Shown piece after piece: positions 10,464 to 20,559 of a stretch of DNA of 64,000 bases (position 1 is its first letter; each line of letters starts with the position of its first letter). A model generated the notes under the pieces. That model saw nothing but the letters and a program-made list of their open reading frames with translations, was not told where the DNA came from and ran no database searches. A program made the position numbers and the translations under genes. Source of the DNA: Candidatus Binatia bacterium (GTDB lineage: Bacteria > Desulfobacterota > Binatia > Bin18); assembly GCA_963664395.2 (NCBI GenBank), contig OY761159.2, forward strand, positions 2,368,001 through 2,432,000, in the 5' to 3' direction.

Positions 10464-11336
10464 TTATCTCTCCGGCGCTAACGTTTCAATCGCCCGCTCG
10501 TCCGGTACCATACCACCCTTGGGGCTCAGCGGCATGATACACACGTGTGACGCCCCGGCCTCATAATAGGCAGCAATCCGCTCGCGAATTTTTGCCGCGT
10601 CTCCCCAGGCAATGACCGCGTCCACGAGTCGGTCACTGCCGCCGTTTGCCGTGTCGGCGTCGGTAAAACCGACTTCTTTGAAGCGTTGGACGTAGTGATC
10701 GATTTGGAGATAGGTCTGCATATAACTGCGGGCGGCGGCGCGGGCTGTATCCGCGTCCGACTCCAGCATGACGCCCAACTCGGCACACAGCCACGGTTCC
10801 GGTCCGAGTGCCTTTCGGATTGCCGTAATCTGTTCAATCACCGTGAAATAGGTATGCGTCCCCTGGGTCTGCGTTGCGGCCAGGGCAAGCATCTTGGGCA
10901 TCATCCCGGCCAGCACGACAGGCGGGTCGTTTTGCGGGGCTGGTGCGGCGTACGGTACGGCTTTCATCTTGGTCAGATATTCGCGCGTGAAGCTGAGGGG
11001 CTTGCCATACGGAATGCCGCGCCGGGCGTTGCCCTGCGCATTACTCACGCCCAGGCCGAGCACAAAGCGGTCGCCGTATAACTCGGCGAGCGTCCGGGTG
11101 GCATTGGCAATCGCAATCGGCTCATACGCATAGGTCACCACAATACCGGTGGCGATGACCAGACGCTCGGTTTGGCTCAGCAGATAGGAGGCAAACGAAA
11201 AGCTTTCGCGGCCCAGGGTCTCGGGAAACCACAGGGCGCTATAGCCGAGCTGTTCGACTTTACGGGCGAGCTGGCCGGTCTGTTCGCCGGTGAGGCCATC
11301 CAGAAAGGTAAAAACGCCGGGAGGCTGGAGGTCCAT
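10464..11336 (-). CDS. LLM-class probable F420-dependent oxidoreductase (MSMEG_4141-like)
   Basis: LGYSALW, RFVLGLGVS, GGSDRLVDA and AGASHVC motifs. Confidence 0.85.
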   Translation of the reverse strand: MDLQPPGVFTFLDGLTGEQTGQLARKVEQLGYSALWFPETLGRESFSFASYLLSQTERLVIATGIVVTYAYEPIAIANATRTLAELYGDRFVLGLGVSNAQGNARRGIPYGKPLSFTREYLTKMKAVPYAAPAPQNDPPVVLAGMMPKMLALAATQTQGTHTYFTVIEQITAIRKALGPEPWLCAELGVMLESDADTARAAARSYMQTYLQIDHYVQRFKEVGFTDADTANGGSDRLVDAVIAWGDAAKIRERIAAYYEAGASHVCIMPLSPKGGMVPDERAIETLAPER

Positions 11337-11352
11337 ATAATGCTCCTGTGGA

Positions 11353-12378
11353 CTAGCGAAAGGCCGGAATAACTTTGCTGGTAAACAGCTCCAGATGGGG
11401 CTGAATCCAGCTTGCCGGCAGACCCGGCGGGAGCGTCCACGAATAATAATGCGTCAGCGGGGTCTCTAGGGCATAGTCACGGATCATCTGAATGCAGGTG
11501 TTCACATCTACTACCTGAAACAGGCCCGATTCACGTAATGCCGCTGTATCCGGCACCTTTGGAAACAGGGGCATGCCGGCCTTTTCCGACCACTCGGCAT
11601 AGGCGTTGACCTGATAGCGGACGTGTTCGGCGGCTTCGTTCCAGGTCTTGTCCGGGTCTTCGGACGGAATCAGCCAGAAATAGCCACCCGCGAGGCGAAT
11701 ATCCGTGGTGGACTTCCCGACTTTCTCCAGGGCGGTCACATAGCGTTCATACGCCTCTTTCAGCGGGCCGACGCCGATGTAGCCGTCGCCATATTTTGCC
11801 GCCCGGCGGAGTGCCGGTGGGGTGAAGCCGCCGACCCAAATCGGTGGCCGGGGTTGCTGAATCGGCTCCGGGGTGAGTTTGGCTTTGGTCACCGTGTAAT
11901 ATTTCCCCTCAAACGTCAGGGTTTCGCCCTCCCACAGGCGCCGAATGATTTCGAGGCCCTCATTCGTGCGGGCGCCGCGTTCTTTGCTCGAAACCGCGAA
12001 GCTCTCAAACTCCTCGACTTTATACCCAACGCCCACACCTAGCTCGAACCGGCCACCCGAAATCACGTCCACCGTAGCGGCATCTTCAGCCAGTCGGACC
12101 GGGTTGTGAAAAGGCAGCAGCACCACACTCGTCCCGATATGGATTTTCTTGGTCCGAGAGGCAATCGCGGCGGCAATCGGCATCAGCGCGGGAGAATAGC
12201 CATCTTCGATAAAGTGGTGCTCGGACAGCCAGATATCGTCAAAGCCGTTCTCCTCTCCCCATACGATCTGATCGATGATTTCGTTGTAGAGTTGGTCATA
12301 GGGACGTTTCCAGGCGGGCGGGTTGCGAAAGTCGTACCACATGCCAAAGCGAATTTTCGGATTTCCATTTTCACTCAT
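11353..12378 (-). CDS. LLM-class flavin-dependent oxidoreductase
   Basis: WLSEHH, PVRLAEDAATVDVISGGRFELGVG and PPIWVGG motifs. Confidence 0.9.
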   Translation of the reverse strand: MSENGNPKIRFGMWYDFRNPPAWKRPYDQLYNEIIDQIVWGEENGFDDIWLSEHHFIEDGYSPALMPIAAAIASRTKKIHIGTSVVLLPFHNPVRLAEDAATVDVISGGRFELGVGVGYKVEEFESFAVSSKERGARTNEGLEIIRRLWEGETLTFEGKYYTVTKAKLTPEPIQQPRPPIWVGGFTPPALRRAAKYGDGYIGVGPLKEAYERYVTALEKVGKSTTDIRLAGGYFWLIPSEDPDKTWNEAAEHVRYQVNAYAEWSEKAGMPLFPKVPDTAALRESGLFQVVDVNTCIQMIRDYALETPLTHYYSWTLPPGLPASWIQPHLELFTSKVIPAFR

Positions 12379-12510
12379 CGGACTGTCCTCCTTGTGCAAT
12401 CGACGCTGCATCTTATGGTCTCAGTTTGAAAATGGAAAGCGGACGCTGCTACAATTGATTCGTCAGGTAGCGTCTCTTCGCTCTGGAGAATCCCGGGCCT
12501 TCCCGCCTAG

Positions 12511-12539
12511 TTGACGGGTCGCGGGGTTCTATGTATAGC
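12511..12539 (+). promoter_or_regulatory. putative sigma70 promoter of the ferredoxin-NADP+ reductase gene
   Basis: TTGACG-N17-TATAGC upstream of ATG 12605. Confidence 0.45.
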
Positions 12540-12604
12540 AAACGGGTTTCACGAGAGAAGAGCGCTGGAGAGAAGACGCTCTCTCTCCTTGGGAAAGGTA
12601 TGGC

Positions 12605-14017
12605 ATGACGGATCAGATTGGCTCTGAAACAAACCCCCTCCGCGTCGCTATTTTTGGCTCGGGACCGGCCGGATTCTACGCTGTTGGCGAACTGCTTCGG
12701 CAAAAAGATATTGCTGTTCGGGTTGACCTGTTTGACCGCCTGCCGACTCCCTATGGGTTGGTCCGGGGCGGCGTGGCACCGGATCATCAAAAAATTAAAG
12801 CGGTCATTCGACAGTACGAGAAATTTGCCAATCGGCCCGGCTTTCGCTTTTTCGGAAACGTGATCTTTGGTGAAGATCTCCGGCTGGCCGACACCCTGGC
12901 CCACTACCATCAAGTCCTGTTTTCGACCGGAGCGGAATCCGACCGGCAGCTCGGCATTCCGGGGGAAGACCTGGCCGGCAGCGACCCGGCGACGATCTTT
13001 GTCGGCTGGTATAACGGGCACCCTGATTGCCGCGATCTCAACTACGATCTGAGCGAGGTCGAACGTGTCGCCGTAATCGGAAACGGCAATGTGGCCATGG
13101 ATGTCGCCCGTATTCTGGCCCGCTCTATTGAAGAACTCTCAAAAACGGATATCGCCGACTATGCGCTCGGAGCGCTCAAGAAAAGTGCGGTCAAGGAGAT
13201 CTATCTGCTGGGCCGACGGGGGCCGGCGCAAGCGGCTTTTACCAACCCCGAGATTCGGGAACTGGCGAAAATGCCGATCACCGACCTGGTCGTCGAGCCG
13301 AAAGACCTCGAACTCGACGAGGCGAATGCCGAGTTCCTGGCGCAGGCCACAGAGCCGGTGCATCGGCGCAATATGGATATCCTGACGGCCCAGATTCCCA
13401 AGGGCGAGGGAACGGCCCCCAGGAAGATTCGGGCGCGATTTTTTGTTTCTCCGGTCGAACTTTACGGGACCGATCATGTTGAGGGTATGAGGCTCGAAAA
13501 AAACCGTCTGGTGAAGGATGATAGCGGGACGCTGCGCGCGCGCGGAACCGGAGAATACGAGGAGCTGCCGAATATTCATATGGTCTTTCGCTCCATAGGC
13601 TATAAGGGCCATCCGCTGAAAGACGTTCCGTTTGACGAGCGCGCCGGGATTATTCCGAATCAAACCGGTCGGATCATCGACCCGGAAACACAGGCGCCTA
13701 TTGAGCGGCTGTATGTTGCCGGCTGGATCAAGCGTGGGCCGTCTGGAGTGGTGGGTACGAATAAGCCGGACTCGATTGAAACCGTCGGGCTCATGCTGGA
13801 AGACCTGCAACAGGGTAAAGTGCCCAATACTATCCACGCCAGCGAAGAGGCAATTTCTGCTCTGCTGGCGGAGAAGGGTGTCCGCTACGTCTCTTTTGCT
13901 GACTGGAAATATCTGGATCAGATAGAAGTCGAGAACGGGAAAAAAGTGGGCAAGCCGCGTGAGAAGATGACGACCGTCGCGGAGATGCTGACCGCACTCG
14001 ACGCCAGAGGGGCATAG
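12605..14017 (+). CDS. fprA: ferredoxin--NADP+ reductase (FprA/adrenodoxin reductase type)
   Basis: GSGPAG, GLVRGGVAPDH, FVGWYNGHP, GNGNVAMD and GWIKRGPSG motifs. Confidence 0.92.
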   Translation: MTDQIGSETNPLRVAIFGSGPAGFYAVGELLRQKDIAVRVDLFDRLPTPYGLVRGGVAPDHQKIKAVIRQYEKFANRPGFRFFGNVIFGEDLRLADTLAHYHQVLFSTGAESDRQLGIPGEDLAGSDPATIFVGWYNGHPDCRDLNYDLSEVERVAVIGNGNVAMDVARILARSIEELSKTDIADYALGALKKSAVKEIYLLGRRGPAQAAFTNPEIRELAKMPITDLVVEPKDLELDEANAEFLAQATEPVHRRNMDILTAQIPKGEGTAPRKIRARFFVSPVELYGTDHVEGMRLEKNRLVKDDSGTLRARGTGEYEELPNIHMVFRSIGYKGHPLKDVPFDERAGIIPNQTGRIIDPETQAPIERLYVAGWIKRGPSGVVGTNKPDSIETVGLMLEDLQQGKVPNTIHASEEAISALLAEKGVRYVSFADWKYLDQIEVENGKKVGKPREKMTTVAEMLTALDARGA

Positions 14018-14057
14018 TGCTTTTCAGTACGATTCATAACAAAAAGGAGCAGGCCGC

Positions 14058-15035
14058 ATGAAAGCTATTCGTATACACGAGTTTGGTGATCCGGAGGTGT
14101 TGCAGCTCGAAGAGGTCGCGGACCTGACCCCTGGGGCGGGTCAGGTCGTGGTGCGCATGCACGCGGTCGGCGTCAATCCGGTTGAGACCTATATTCGGTC
14201 CGGCATCTATCCCAAACCGCCCACGCCGTTCACGCCTGGTTCGGACGGGGCCGGTGTGGTCGAGGCTGTGGGCGAGGGGGTAGACCGGGTTGCCGTGGGC
14301 GACCGGGTGTATCTGGCCGGTTCTCTCAGCGGCACGTATGCCGAACAGGCGTTGTGCAAACAGGAGCAGGTGCATCCGCTGGGCGAGCAGGCGTCGTTCG
14401 CCCAAGGAGCTGCGGTTTTTGTGCCCTATGCTACTGCCTATCAGGCACTCTTCCACTGTGGTCATGCCGCACCTGGCGAAACGCTTTTTGTACATGGGGC
14501 CAGTGGTGGGGTAGGCATCGCCGGGGTACAGCTCGGCCGGGCCGCCGGCATGACGGTGATCGGAACCGCGAGTACGGAACGCGGGCGTCGGCTCGTGTCC
14601 GAACAAGGCGCGCAGCATGTTCTCGATCATAGTGCCGTGTCGTATCTGGAAGAGGTGAAGACCCTGACGGGTGAGCGGGGCGTTGATGTTATTTTGGAGA
14701 TGCTGGCCAACGTCAATCTCGCCAAGGATATCGACCTGCTCGCCATGCGCGGACGGGTGGTTGTCATCGGCAATCGGGGCGAGAAGAACCAGGGCACGAT
14801 CGAGATCAATCCCCGGGCGGCCATGATGCGGGACGCCGCCATCATCGGCATGACCTTACGCAACGCCACGCCGCAGGATCATGTTCGTATCCACTCAGCC
14901 CTTGTGGCCGGTCTGGCAAACGGCACGCTGCGGCCCGTAATCGGACAGGAACTCCCTCTGGCCGAAGCCGCCCAGGCCCACCGCGCCGTAAGCGGGACAG
15001 GCAAAGCCTACGGGAAGGTGGTGCTGATACCGTAG
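14058..15035 (+). CDS. qor: NADPH:quinone reductase (zeta-crystallin family)
   Basis: GVNPVETYIRSG, HGASGGVG and GKVVL motifs. Confidence 0.88.
   Translation: MKAIRIHEFGDPEVLQLEEVADLTPGAGQVVVRMHAVGVNPVETYIRSGIYPKPPTPFTPGSDGAGVVEAVGEGVDRVAVGDRVYLAGSLSGTYAEQALCKQEQVHPLGEQASFAQGAAVFVPYATAYQALFHCGHAAPGETLFVHGASGGVGIAGVQLGRAAGMTVIGTASTERGRRLVSEQGAQHVLDHSAVSYLEEVKTLTGERGVDVILEMLANVNLAKDIDLLAMRGRVVVIGNRGEKNQGTIEINPRAAMMRDAAIIGMTLRNATPQDHVRIHSALVAGLANGTLRPVIGQELPLAEAAQAHRAVSGTGKAYGKVVLIP
14972..15035 (+). repeat. direct repeat copy 1 (64 bp, 3' end of qor)
   Basis: 61/64 identical to 15847-15910 by manual alignment. Confidence 0.95.
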
Positions 15036-15151
15036 AGCGGCGCCTCATCTTTCCCATCCGTCGCCTCACTAGCTGGCTAACGACACCCTCAATGACAGCC
15101 TGAAACGGAGAATTTCAGGGATGACCATATAGGCTTGCCCTAGGCGAATTT

Positions 15152-15174
15152 GCTATATACCCTGTGTATATAGC
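15152..15174. promoter_or_regulatory. putative VapBC autoregulatory operator
   Basis: Perfect inverted repeat GCTATATAC-N5-GTATATAGC just upstream of the vapB RBS. Confidence 0.7.
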
Positions 15175-15191
15175 TCAGGAGGGTGTTTTCA

Positions 15192-15425
15192 ATGCCTATT
15201 GGTTCTGTATTTGTTAATAACCGTACCCAGGCGGTCCGGTTACCCGCCGATACTCGTTTTCCGGACGAAGTGAAACAAGTCAATGTTCGCGTTGTCGGGA
15301 AGGATAGGGTGTTATCTCCCGTGGATAGCGCATGGGACAGCTTCTTTTTCTCTGAAGAGCGTGTGAGCGATGATTTTCTGGAAGAACGGGCGTCCCACGA
15401 GCAAGCTGAGCGGGAAGCCTTTTGA
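15192..15425 (+). CDS. vapB: VapB/VagC antitoxin (AbrB fold)
   Basis: VFVNNRTQAVRLP motif; AGGAGG RBS; stop overlaps the vapC start. Confidence 0.92.
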   Translation: MPIGSVFVNNRTQAVRLPADTRFPDEVKQVNVRVVGKDRVLSPVDSAWDSFFFSEERVSDDFLEERASHEQAEREAF

Positions 15426-15829
15426 TGTTGAAATACATGCTCGATACCAATATTGCCATTTATGTTATCAAGCGCCGCCCGATAGACGCCCTGGATGCCT
15501 TTAACCGGCACGCCGGCCAGTTGTGTATCAGCTCAATCACGCTGGCTGAGTTGATGCACGGCGTAGAAAAAAGTGCCAGACCCGATCACAACCTGCGGCA
15601 GGTTGAAGACTTTGTTTCCCGTTTGGTTGTGCTTGAGTATGGGCATAAGGCGGCTGCCCATTACGGAGATATCCGGGCAGCGCTGGAACGGAAGGGGAGG
15701 CCCATCGGCGTAAACGATTTACATATAGCGGGTCACTCTCGAAGCGAAGGATTAACCCTGGTCACCAATAATCTGAAGGAGTTTGAGCGGGTGGAATGCC
15801 TGCGGCTGGAGAATTGGCTTTCATCTTGA
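15425..15829 (+). CDS. vapC: VapC PIN-domain toxin
   Basis: YMLDTNI, ITLAEL, IGVNDLHIAGH and LVTNNLKEF motifs. Confidence 0.95.
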   Translation: MLKYMLDTNIAIYVIKRRPIDALDAFNRHAGQLCISSITLAELMHGVEKSARPDHNLRQVEDFVSRLVVLEYGHKAAAHYGDIRAALERKGRPIGVNDLHIAGHSRSEGLTLVTNNLKEFERVECLRLENWLSS

Positions 15830-15846
15830 GGATAAAAAATCCAAGT

Positions 15847-15910
15847 CCAGGCCCACCGCGCCGTAAGCGGGGCGGGCAAAGCCTACGGGAAGGTGGTGCT
15901 GACACCGTAG
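15847..15910 (+). repeat. direct repeat copy 2 (duplicated qor 3' end)
   Basis: 61/64 identical to 14972-15035, including the TAG stop. Confidence 0.95.
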
Positions 15911-15935
15911 CGCTACGCCCCTTTCTACTCAGGCT

Positions 15936-17414
15936 CTACCGGCTTACTTTTATCAGACGATAACCCTGCGGCGGCTTTGGGTTGTCTGCCTTGTCTACCG
16001 TCCAGTGCGGGGGCAGGGCCGGCAGGGGCGGTGGCGTGTCACTACAGCCTGAGTCGCTGCCGTCGATACGCCTATCAAAGTCATTGTCGATCCCGTCGGT
16101 GCAAGCAGTCGATGAGGCAACAGACTCGGGGTCGGGGCGCGACAGAGCGTTGCCCCACTCCTCAGGGATGCTCTCCCACAGGTGATCGAAAAAGGATTCG
16201 AAGCTTGTAGTCAATTGGGGTGACTTGAGCACGAGCGTATTCTCGTCGTTCTCGAATTCTCCAGCCCTGGTCCAATTCATCGACCCGACCACAACTGCAC
16301 GTCCGTCGATAGCCGCAGCCTTCATATGCATCTTGCCGCCCCAGTTCTCGACTTTGACGGGAATGCCTGCCGTGCGCAGCAACTCGTGCTTGGAATACTC
16401 ATTCCGGGCAGAGGTCGCGTCAACGATGACCCGTATGTCAACGCCTCGGCCGTGCGCTGCGATCAGTTCCGCGGTCACGAACTTGTTGGTCAGATAGAAC
16501 ACGGCCAAGTCAATGCGCTGCCGAGCACCGGCAATGAGTGTCTGTACGCCTTTACGCATGGCCTTGTCCTGCGGTGAGAACCAGACTTCGACCTGAGTGT
16601 CGTTCAGTTCCAGACGATCTACGCCGTTGCCCGTTTTCAACTGGTGATAGCGGTCGGCCCACATCTGCTCAAACTCTTCAGTATACACATCGGCGAGTTG
16701 GGTCGAGTCGATTACAGCCGCAACGTTGGCGTTATAGCCGCCCGTGCCGGAGTCCGACAGGTTGCACGAGCCGGTCCAGACCCAGCGCCCGTCCACGATG
16801 AAAAACTTGTTGTGCATGATCCGGTTGGTCGTGCTTTCATCGAACGGTTCCCGACCGGCGTGTGCCGCCACGAGCCAGCGATCACCCAAGTCGTAGGCCA
16901 GGCATTGTAGCGGCCCCTTGAAGCCTTCCGGGCGGGGACAGGAGGGCTTCCGAGGTTTCCAGTCGTTTCGTTGGTCCAGGATCGTTTCGGCGTCGAAATC
17001 GTTGCGGATATTCTTGAGCCGGCGGACCCATAGATCGGTGGACGTATAATAATTCCCGCCGTCTCGCTGACGATCTACTACGCCGCGCACGGCCACCCCG
17101 CGTTCTTGGGCGGCAACCAGGGCTTCCAGAAGTTGTGTTTGCTTGCGCATCCCATACACCGCAAAGTCGATGGAGCTTTGCGCACCTTGGATCAGTTCCA
17201 GTAAGCGAACACAAATAGGGGCCTCGCAGCGGTCACCGGGAGTTGCGAACCGAAGTGGGTCAGTAAACAGCAATTCGACCGGTTGCTTATCTGCATGAAG
17301 CGGCCGCTCCGGCGTGCATGCGGCCCAGACTCACAGGGGCATAATCGCGGCGAGGCACGTGAATCGGACTATACAGCGCAAGCCAATCCTTGAATTCTGT
17401 TCGTGCAGTCTCAT
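15936..17414 (-). CDS. phospholipase D-family protein (two HKD motifs), probable lipoprotein; in-frame TGA in the signal region (pseudogene or sequence error)
   Basis: HNKFFIVD and HMKAAAID motifs; in-frame upstream ATG 17414 gives MRLH...LAAIMPL*VWAAC with TGA at 17331-17333. Confidence 0.8.
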
Positions 17415-17634
17415 GGCGCTCTTCCAAAATCGTCTCTTCAGCGAAGAGGAAGAAATAGACGCTGTTGGCGACGAAGAGTCAAGCACGTAAGGGGCGCGCG
17501 ACGACTACAGAAGAGTGGGGTCTCCTATCGGAAAGCCCAGCGACCGGTGTAGTCTAAAAACGGTGTGAAATATCCATCAAGCTGTGGTGCTGCCCTGATA
17601 GCGGCTTACCGTTGGAATGAATTTGAGCAATTTT

Positions 17635-18225
17635 TTAGGTCTTTGCTACATGTCTAGGTCTGTGGCCTTCAATACGCATAACTTTACCTTCACGTATGAG
17701 CAAACCCAATATACTGTATGATAGGTAATCTTTTTGATTGCCTTGATAATCACTCCGTAAGCCAAGCAGGCTTGCCGCATCAGAATTTAGAATACCAGCC
17801 GGATTCGCTTTTGCTAATTCATATACTGATGATTTCAGCAACCCAAGACCAAGTTGGGCTCTTTCAACGGCCCCCTGGGGCACAACAACACCAGGGCGTT
17901 CTTTTCCCGCCGTACCACTCGGTACAACAGCGTTCGTTAAAATACCTTCTGTTTCCTCGGTCCCGAACGCTGAGATAAGCTCAGATTCCAATTTTAAAGC
18001 CTGAATTTCTGTTAGATCATCTATCAGAATATCGACCAATGGCTCCATTCCAGAATTTCTTATTCTCTTAATCCGGGTGTACTTTCTTGTATTGTCTGGT
18101 TTTACCAGATGATCAAATGCTCTACTTCCCGTTCCTTTCCCGATATAGAATGGCTGCGCAGGATTCGAGCTTGGATCTTTTAGAGCATAAACATAATAGA
18201 AATTTGTAGCCATAATCTTTCCCAT
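17635..18225 (-). CDS. GIY-YIG nuclease-domain protein
   Basis: YYVYAL...FYIGKG..SR...H...E...LTN pattern; visibly AT-richer than the flanks. Confidence 0.8.
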   Translation of the reverse strand: MGKIMATNFYYVYALKDPSSNPAQPFYIGKGTGSRAFDHLVKPDNTRKYTRIKRIRNSGMEPLVDILIDDLTEIQALKLESELISAFGTEETEGILTNAVVPSGTAGKERPGVVVPQGAVERAQLGLGLLKSSVYELAKANPAGILNSDAASLLGLRSDYQGNQKDYLSYSILGLLIREGKVMRIEGHRPRHVAKT

Positions 18226-18399
18226 TCAGCCTGCAAGCTTTGTGTCACCTGTAACAATATCCTGGGCGTCCGTCAGGCATATGGCAAACAGCGTGACAAG
18301 CGAATCAGTGCAGTCTTCATACTGATCCGCGGTTTTTGACTGCGTTGGTCATGAATCGATCGGGAGCGGAGGGGTGGGCGGATAATACCGGGCGGAAGG

Positions 18400-19686
18400 T
18401 TACTGGCCCATGCGTCCAAAATCAATCTGGATATTGGAATAAACCTCGCTCAGGCTGGAGATGTGCTCCCAGGGGACGCCTAAGCCTTCGCGGCTATTCC
18501 CCATCATGATGGGTTGCAGATCTTCGACGGCAAGCGGCTGGGCATCGGTGAAGACGAGTACGCCGGCCGCGGTAATCTGGGGCTGGTCGAACTCGATGAA
18601 TCGATCCGTCTCCCAGATAGCATCCTGCATCGTCAGCATCAGCATCTTTGTTTCGCCCGGTTGGAGCAGTCCGTCGGGCTCCACCTGCATCGCCGGAATC
18701 TCGCTTTGCGTATCCGGATAGAGATCGTGTGTGGCGGGATTAATGAAAGACAAATAACTGGTCGTGAACTTGCGTAAGACCACCGCTTGATCCGAGGTGT
18801 TGGTCGCTTCAACCTGCATACTCATGGACCGCTTGGTTGTGTTATAGCGCAACTCTTTGACCGTAGTCTGGACGGCACTCGGATGGGACAGACTGGACAG
18901 GTCCCACATTCTGGCCGTCTGGTGTGGAATGATCGGCGGGCGCCCCGAGTTCGTGACCCACAGCCCTCCGACAATCAGGACAACCAAAACCACCCCGAAA
19001 ATAAGAGACGTTCGACGATCAGCGGGAGTGATTTGTTCCTCATCAACGCCTTTCAACAGGAGCGCGTAACGGACGAGCAGCGGCCGTCTGGCCCAATAGC
19101 CGAGCCAGGCGAGCCCAAGAATCCCGAACACGACATGCCAGCCGACAACCCGTCCAAACCCGTAGTGCTCCAGGTCTATGGTCTCACCGGTTGCCGGAAT
19201 CTGTACGGTATAGGACGGCGGGGCGTCACCCGGAACAACTGTGATCCACTTGGCCGGACCAACCAGCCCGCCCGTACCGGACAGATTGACCATTGGATGG
19301 ATATGATAACGGCCCGGCTCTCGCGCTTGGAGGATCATCTTAAAATCGTAGATCCCTCCTAACTCGACATTAAACGCGTTCTGGATAAAGCGATCATTCA
19401 CCCAGCGTTCGCGTACGGCGAGTTTCGGGCCCGGAACCAGGATACCGATCCACGCCAACTCCGGCGTGGTCAGTATCCGCGGCCAGGAATTCATCACTCT
19501 GAACTTGCCGGTGACGGTCATGGTCTCGTTAACGGCGAGTCGCTCGTGCGAGAACTCCACATTAAAAAATGAGACCCCGCGCATGCGGACAAAGGGTTCG
19601 AGGTTGTGCTCACCATGAGCCTGGGCAACGGGCGCATAGACAAACGAAGCCGCAGCAAGGCCGAGGGCCAGGATGACAGAAATCAA
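18400..19686 (-). CDS. pmoB: copper membrane monooxygenase subunit B (PmoB/AmoB family); true start may be 19748 via a frameshift
   Basis: Signal peptide ending AQA-HGE; YHIHP (CuB HxH); two TM helices between two beta-rich domains. Symbol denotes family, not substrate. Confidence 0.92.
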   Translation of the reverse strand: MISVILALGLAAASFVYAPVAQAHGEHNLEPFVRMRGVSFFNVEFSHERLAVNETMTVTGKFRVMNSWPRILTTPELAWIGILVPGPKLAVRERWVNDRFIQNAFNVELGGIYDFKMILQAREPGRYHIHPMVNLSGTGGLVGPAKWITVVPGDAPPSYTVQIPATGETIDLEHYGFGRVVGWHVVFGILGLAWLGYWARRPLLVRYALLLKGVDEEQITPADRRTSLIFGVVLVVLIVGGLWVTNSGRPPIIPHQTARMWDLSSLSHPSAVQTTVKELRYNTTKRSMSMQVEATNTSDQAVVLRKFTTSYLSFINPATHDLYPDTQSEIPAMQVEPDGLLQPGETKMLMLTMQDAIWETDRFIEFDQPQITAAGVLVFTDAQPLAVEDLQPIMMGNSREGLGVPWEHISSLSEVYSNIQIDFGRMGQ

Positions 19687-19770
19687 AACACCCCCCTCCC
19701 CGGTCCTCGGTTCGGCCGCCCGACCCGGCCAGCAATACTCCTGTTCATCCTTTAATCCAGTAAATCCTGG

Positions 19771-20514
19771 TCAGGTTTGGCGCAGGACTTTCTGCAGCGG
19801 CATAACGCCGAGCGCTTTTCCTATCCCGAGGCCAACCCAATACATGATGGTGCAGGTAATGCCGGCCATTAACACGCTGATCCAGATACGCTGACCCAGG
19901 AAGGCTTGCAGCGTGCCTTCATCAATCCGTCGCAAGTATTCCGGTGTTTGAGGGCGGATGAAGTAATAGCCCATCAGATCGGCAATGGTAAATGTCTTGC
20001 CAAAAAGAGTAACCGGCTGGAGGAAGGGCATGAGCATCAGCCAGTTGACGGGATAAAAGAGAAACCCCCATAAAAATCCGCCAAACAGACTCGTCACCAA
20101 ATAGCTGCGTGACCAAAAGAGAATCAGGTCAAGCGCCAGCGCCATCGGAATGGTCGTCGCCGGCCAGACAAAATTGAGCGGATAATACTCCAAGCCGTAA
20201 AAGCTGAATATCCGACTCAGCCAGGCCCCAATCAAAACGAACACCGCGGTAAACGTGGCACCCAGCGGCAGGCGCAGATAGTACCAGGCCAGATAGTGGC
20301 CCACCGCGGTCACCAACATGGCGGCGCTCGGGCCGGCGATCGGCCACCACAGCTTGTCTTTCCAATCAACCCAGAAATCCCAGTCGCCCATATAGAGCAT
20401 GCGACTGACGTGGGGGATGACGGTGAAAAAGCCGACCAGGGCCAGGAGCAGCATGACATCAAAGACCTTGGCCATCTTGTGATGCCCAAGCGCGGCAAGT
20501 TCTTCGGCCTTCAT
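19771..20514 (-). CDS. pmoA: copper membrane monooxygenase subunit A (PmoA/AmoA family)
   Basis: GDWDFWVDWKD, RLPLGAT, YPLNFVWP, LFYPVNW and TPEYLRRIDEGTL motifs. Confidence 0.95.
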   Translation of the reverse strand: MKAEELAALGHHKMAKVFDVMLLLALVGFFTVIPHVSRMLYMGDWDFWVDWKDKLWWPIAGPSAAMLVTAVGHYLAWYYLRLPLGATFTAVFVLIGAWLSRIFSFYGLEYYPLNFVWPATTIPMALALDLILFWSRSYLVTSLFGGFLWGFLFYPVNWLMLMPFLQPVTLFGKTFTIADLMGYYFIRPQTPEYLRRIDEGTLQAFLGQRIWISVLMAGITCTIMYWVGLGIGKALGVMPLQKVLRQT

Positions 20515-20559
20515 GATTCCCAGCTCCTCCCCGAGGGCAGTGCGTGGTCCGCCGGGGGG

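Noticed and set aside
17331-17333. Selenocysteine at the PLD in-frame TGA
   Set aside because: It falls in a signal peptide with no redox motif and no convincing SECIS.
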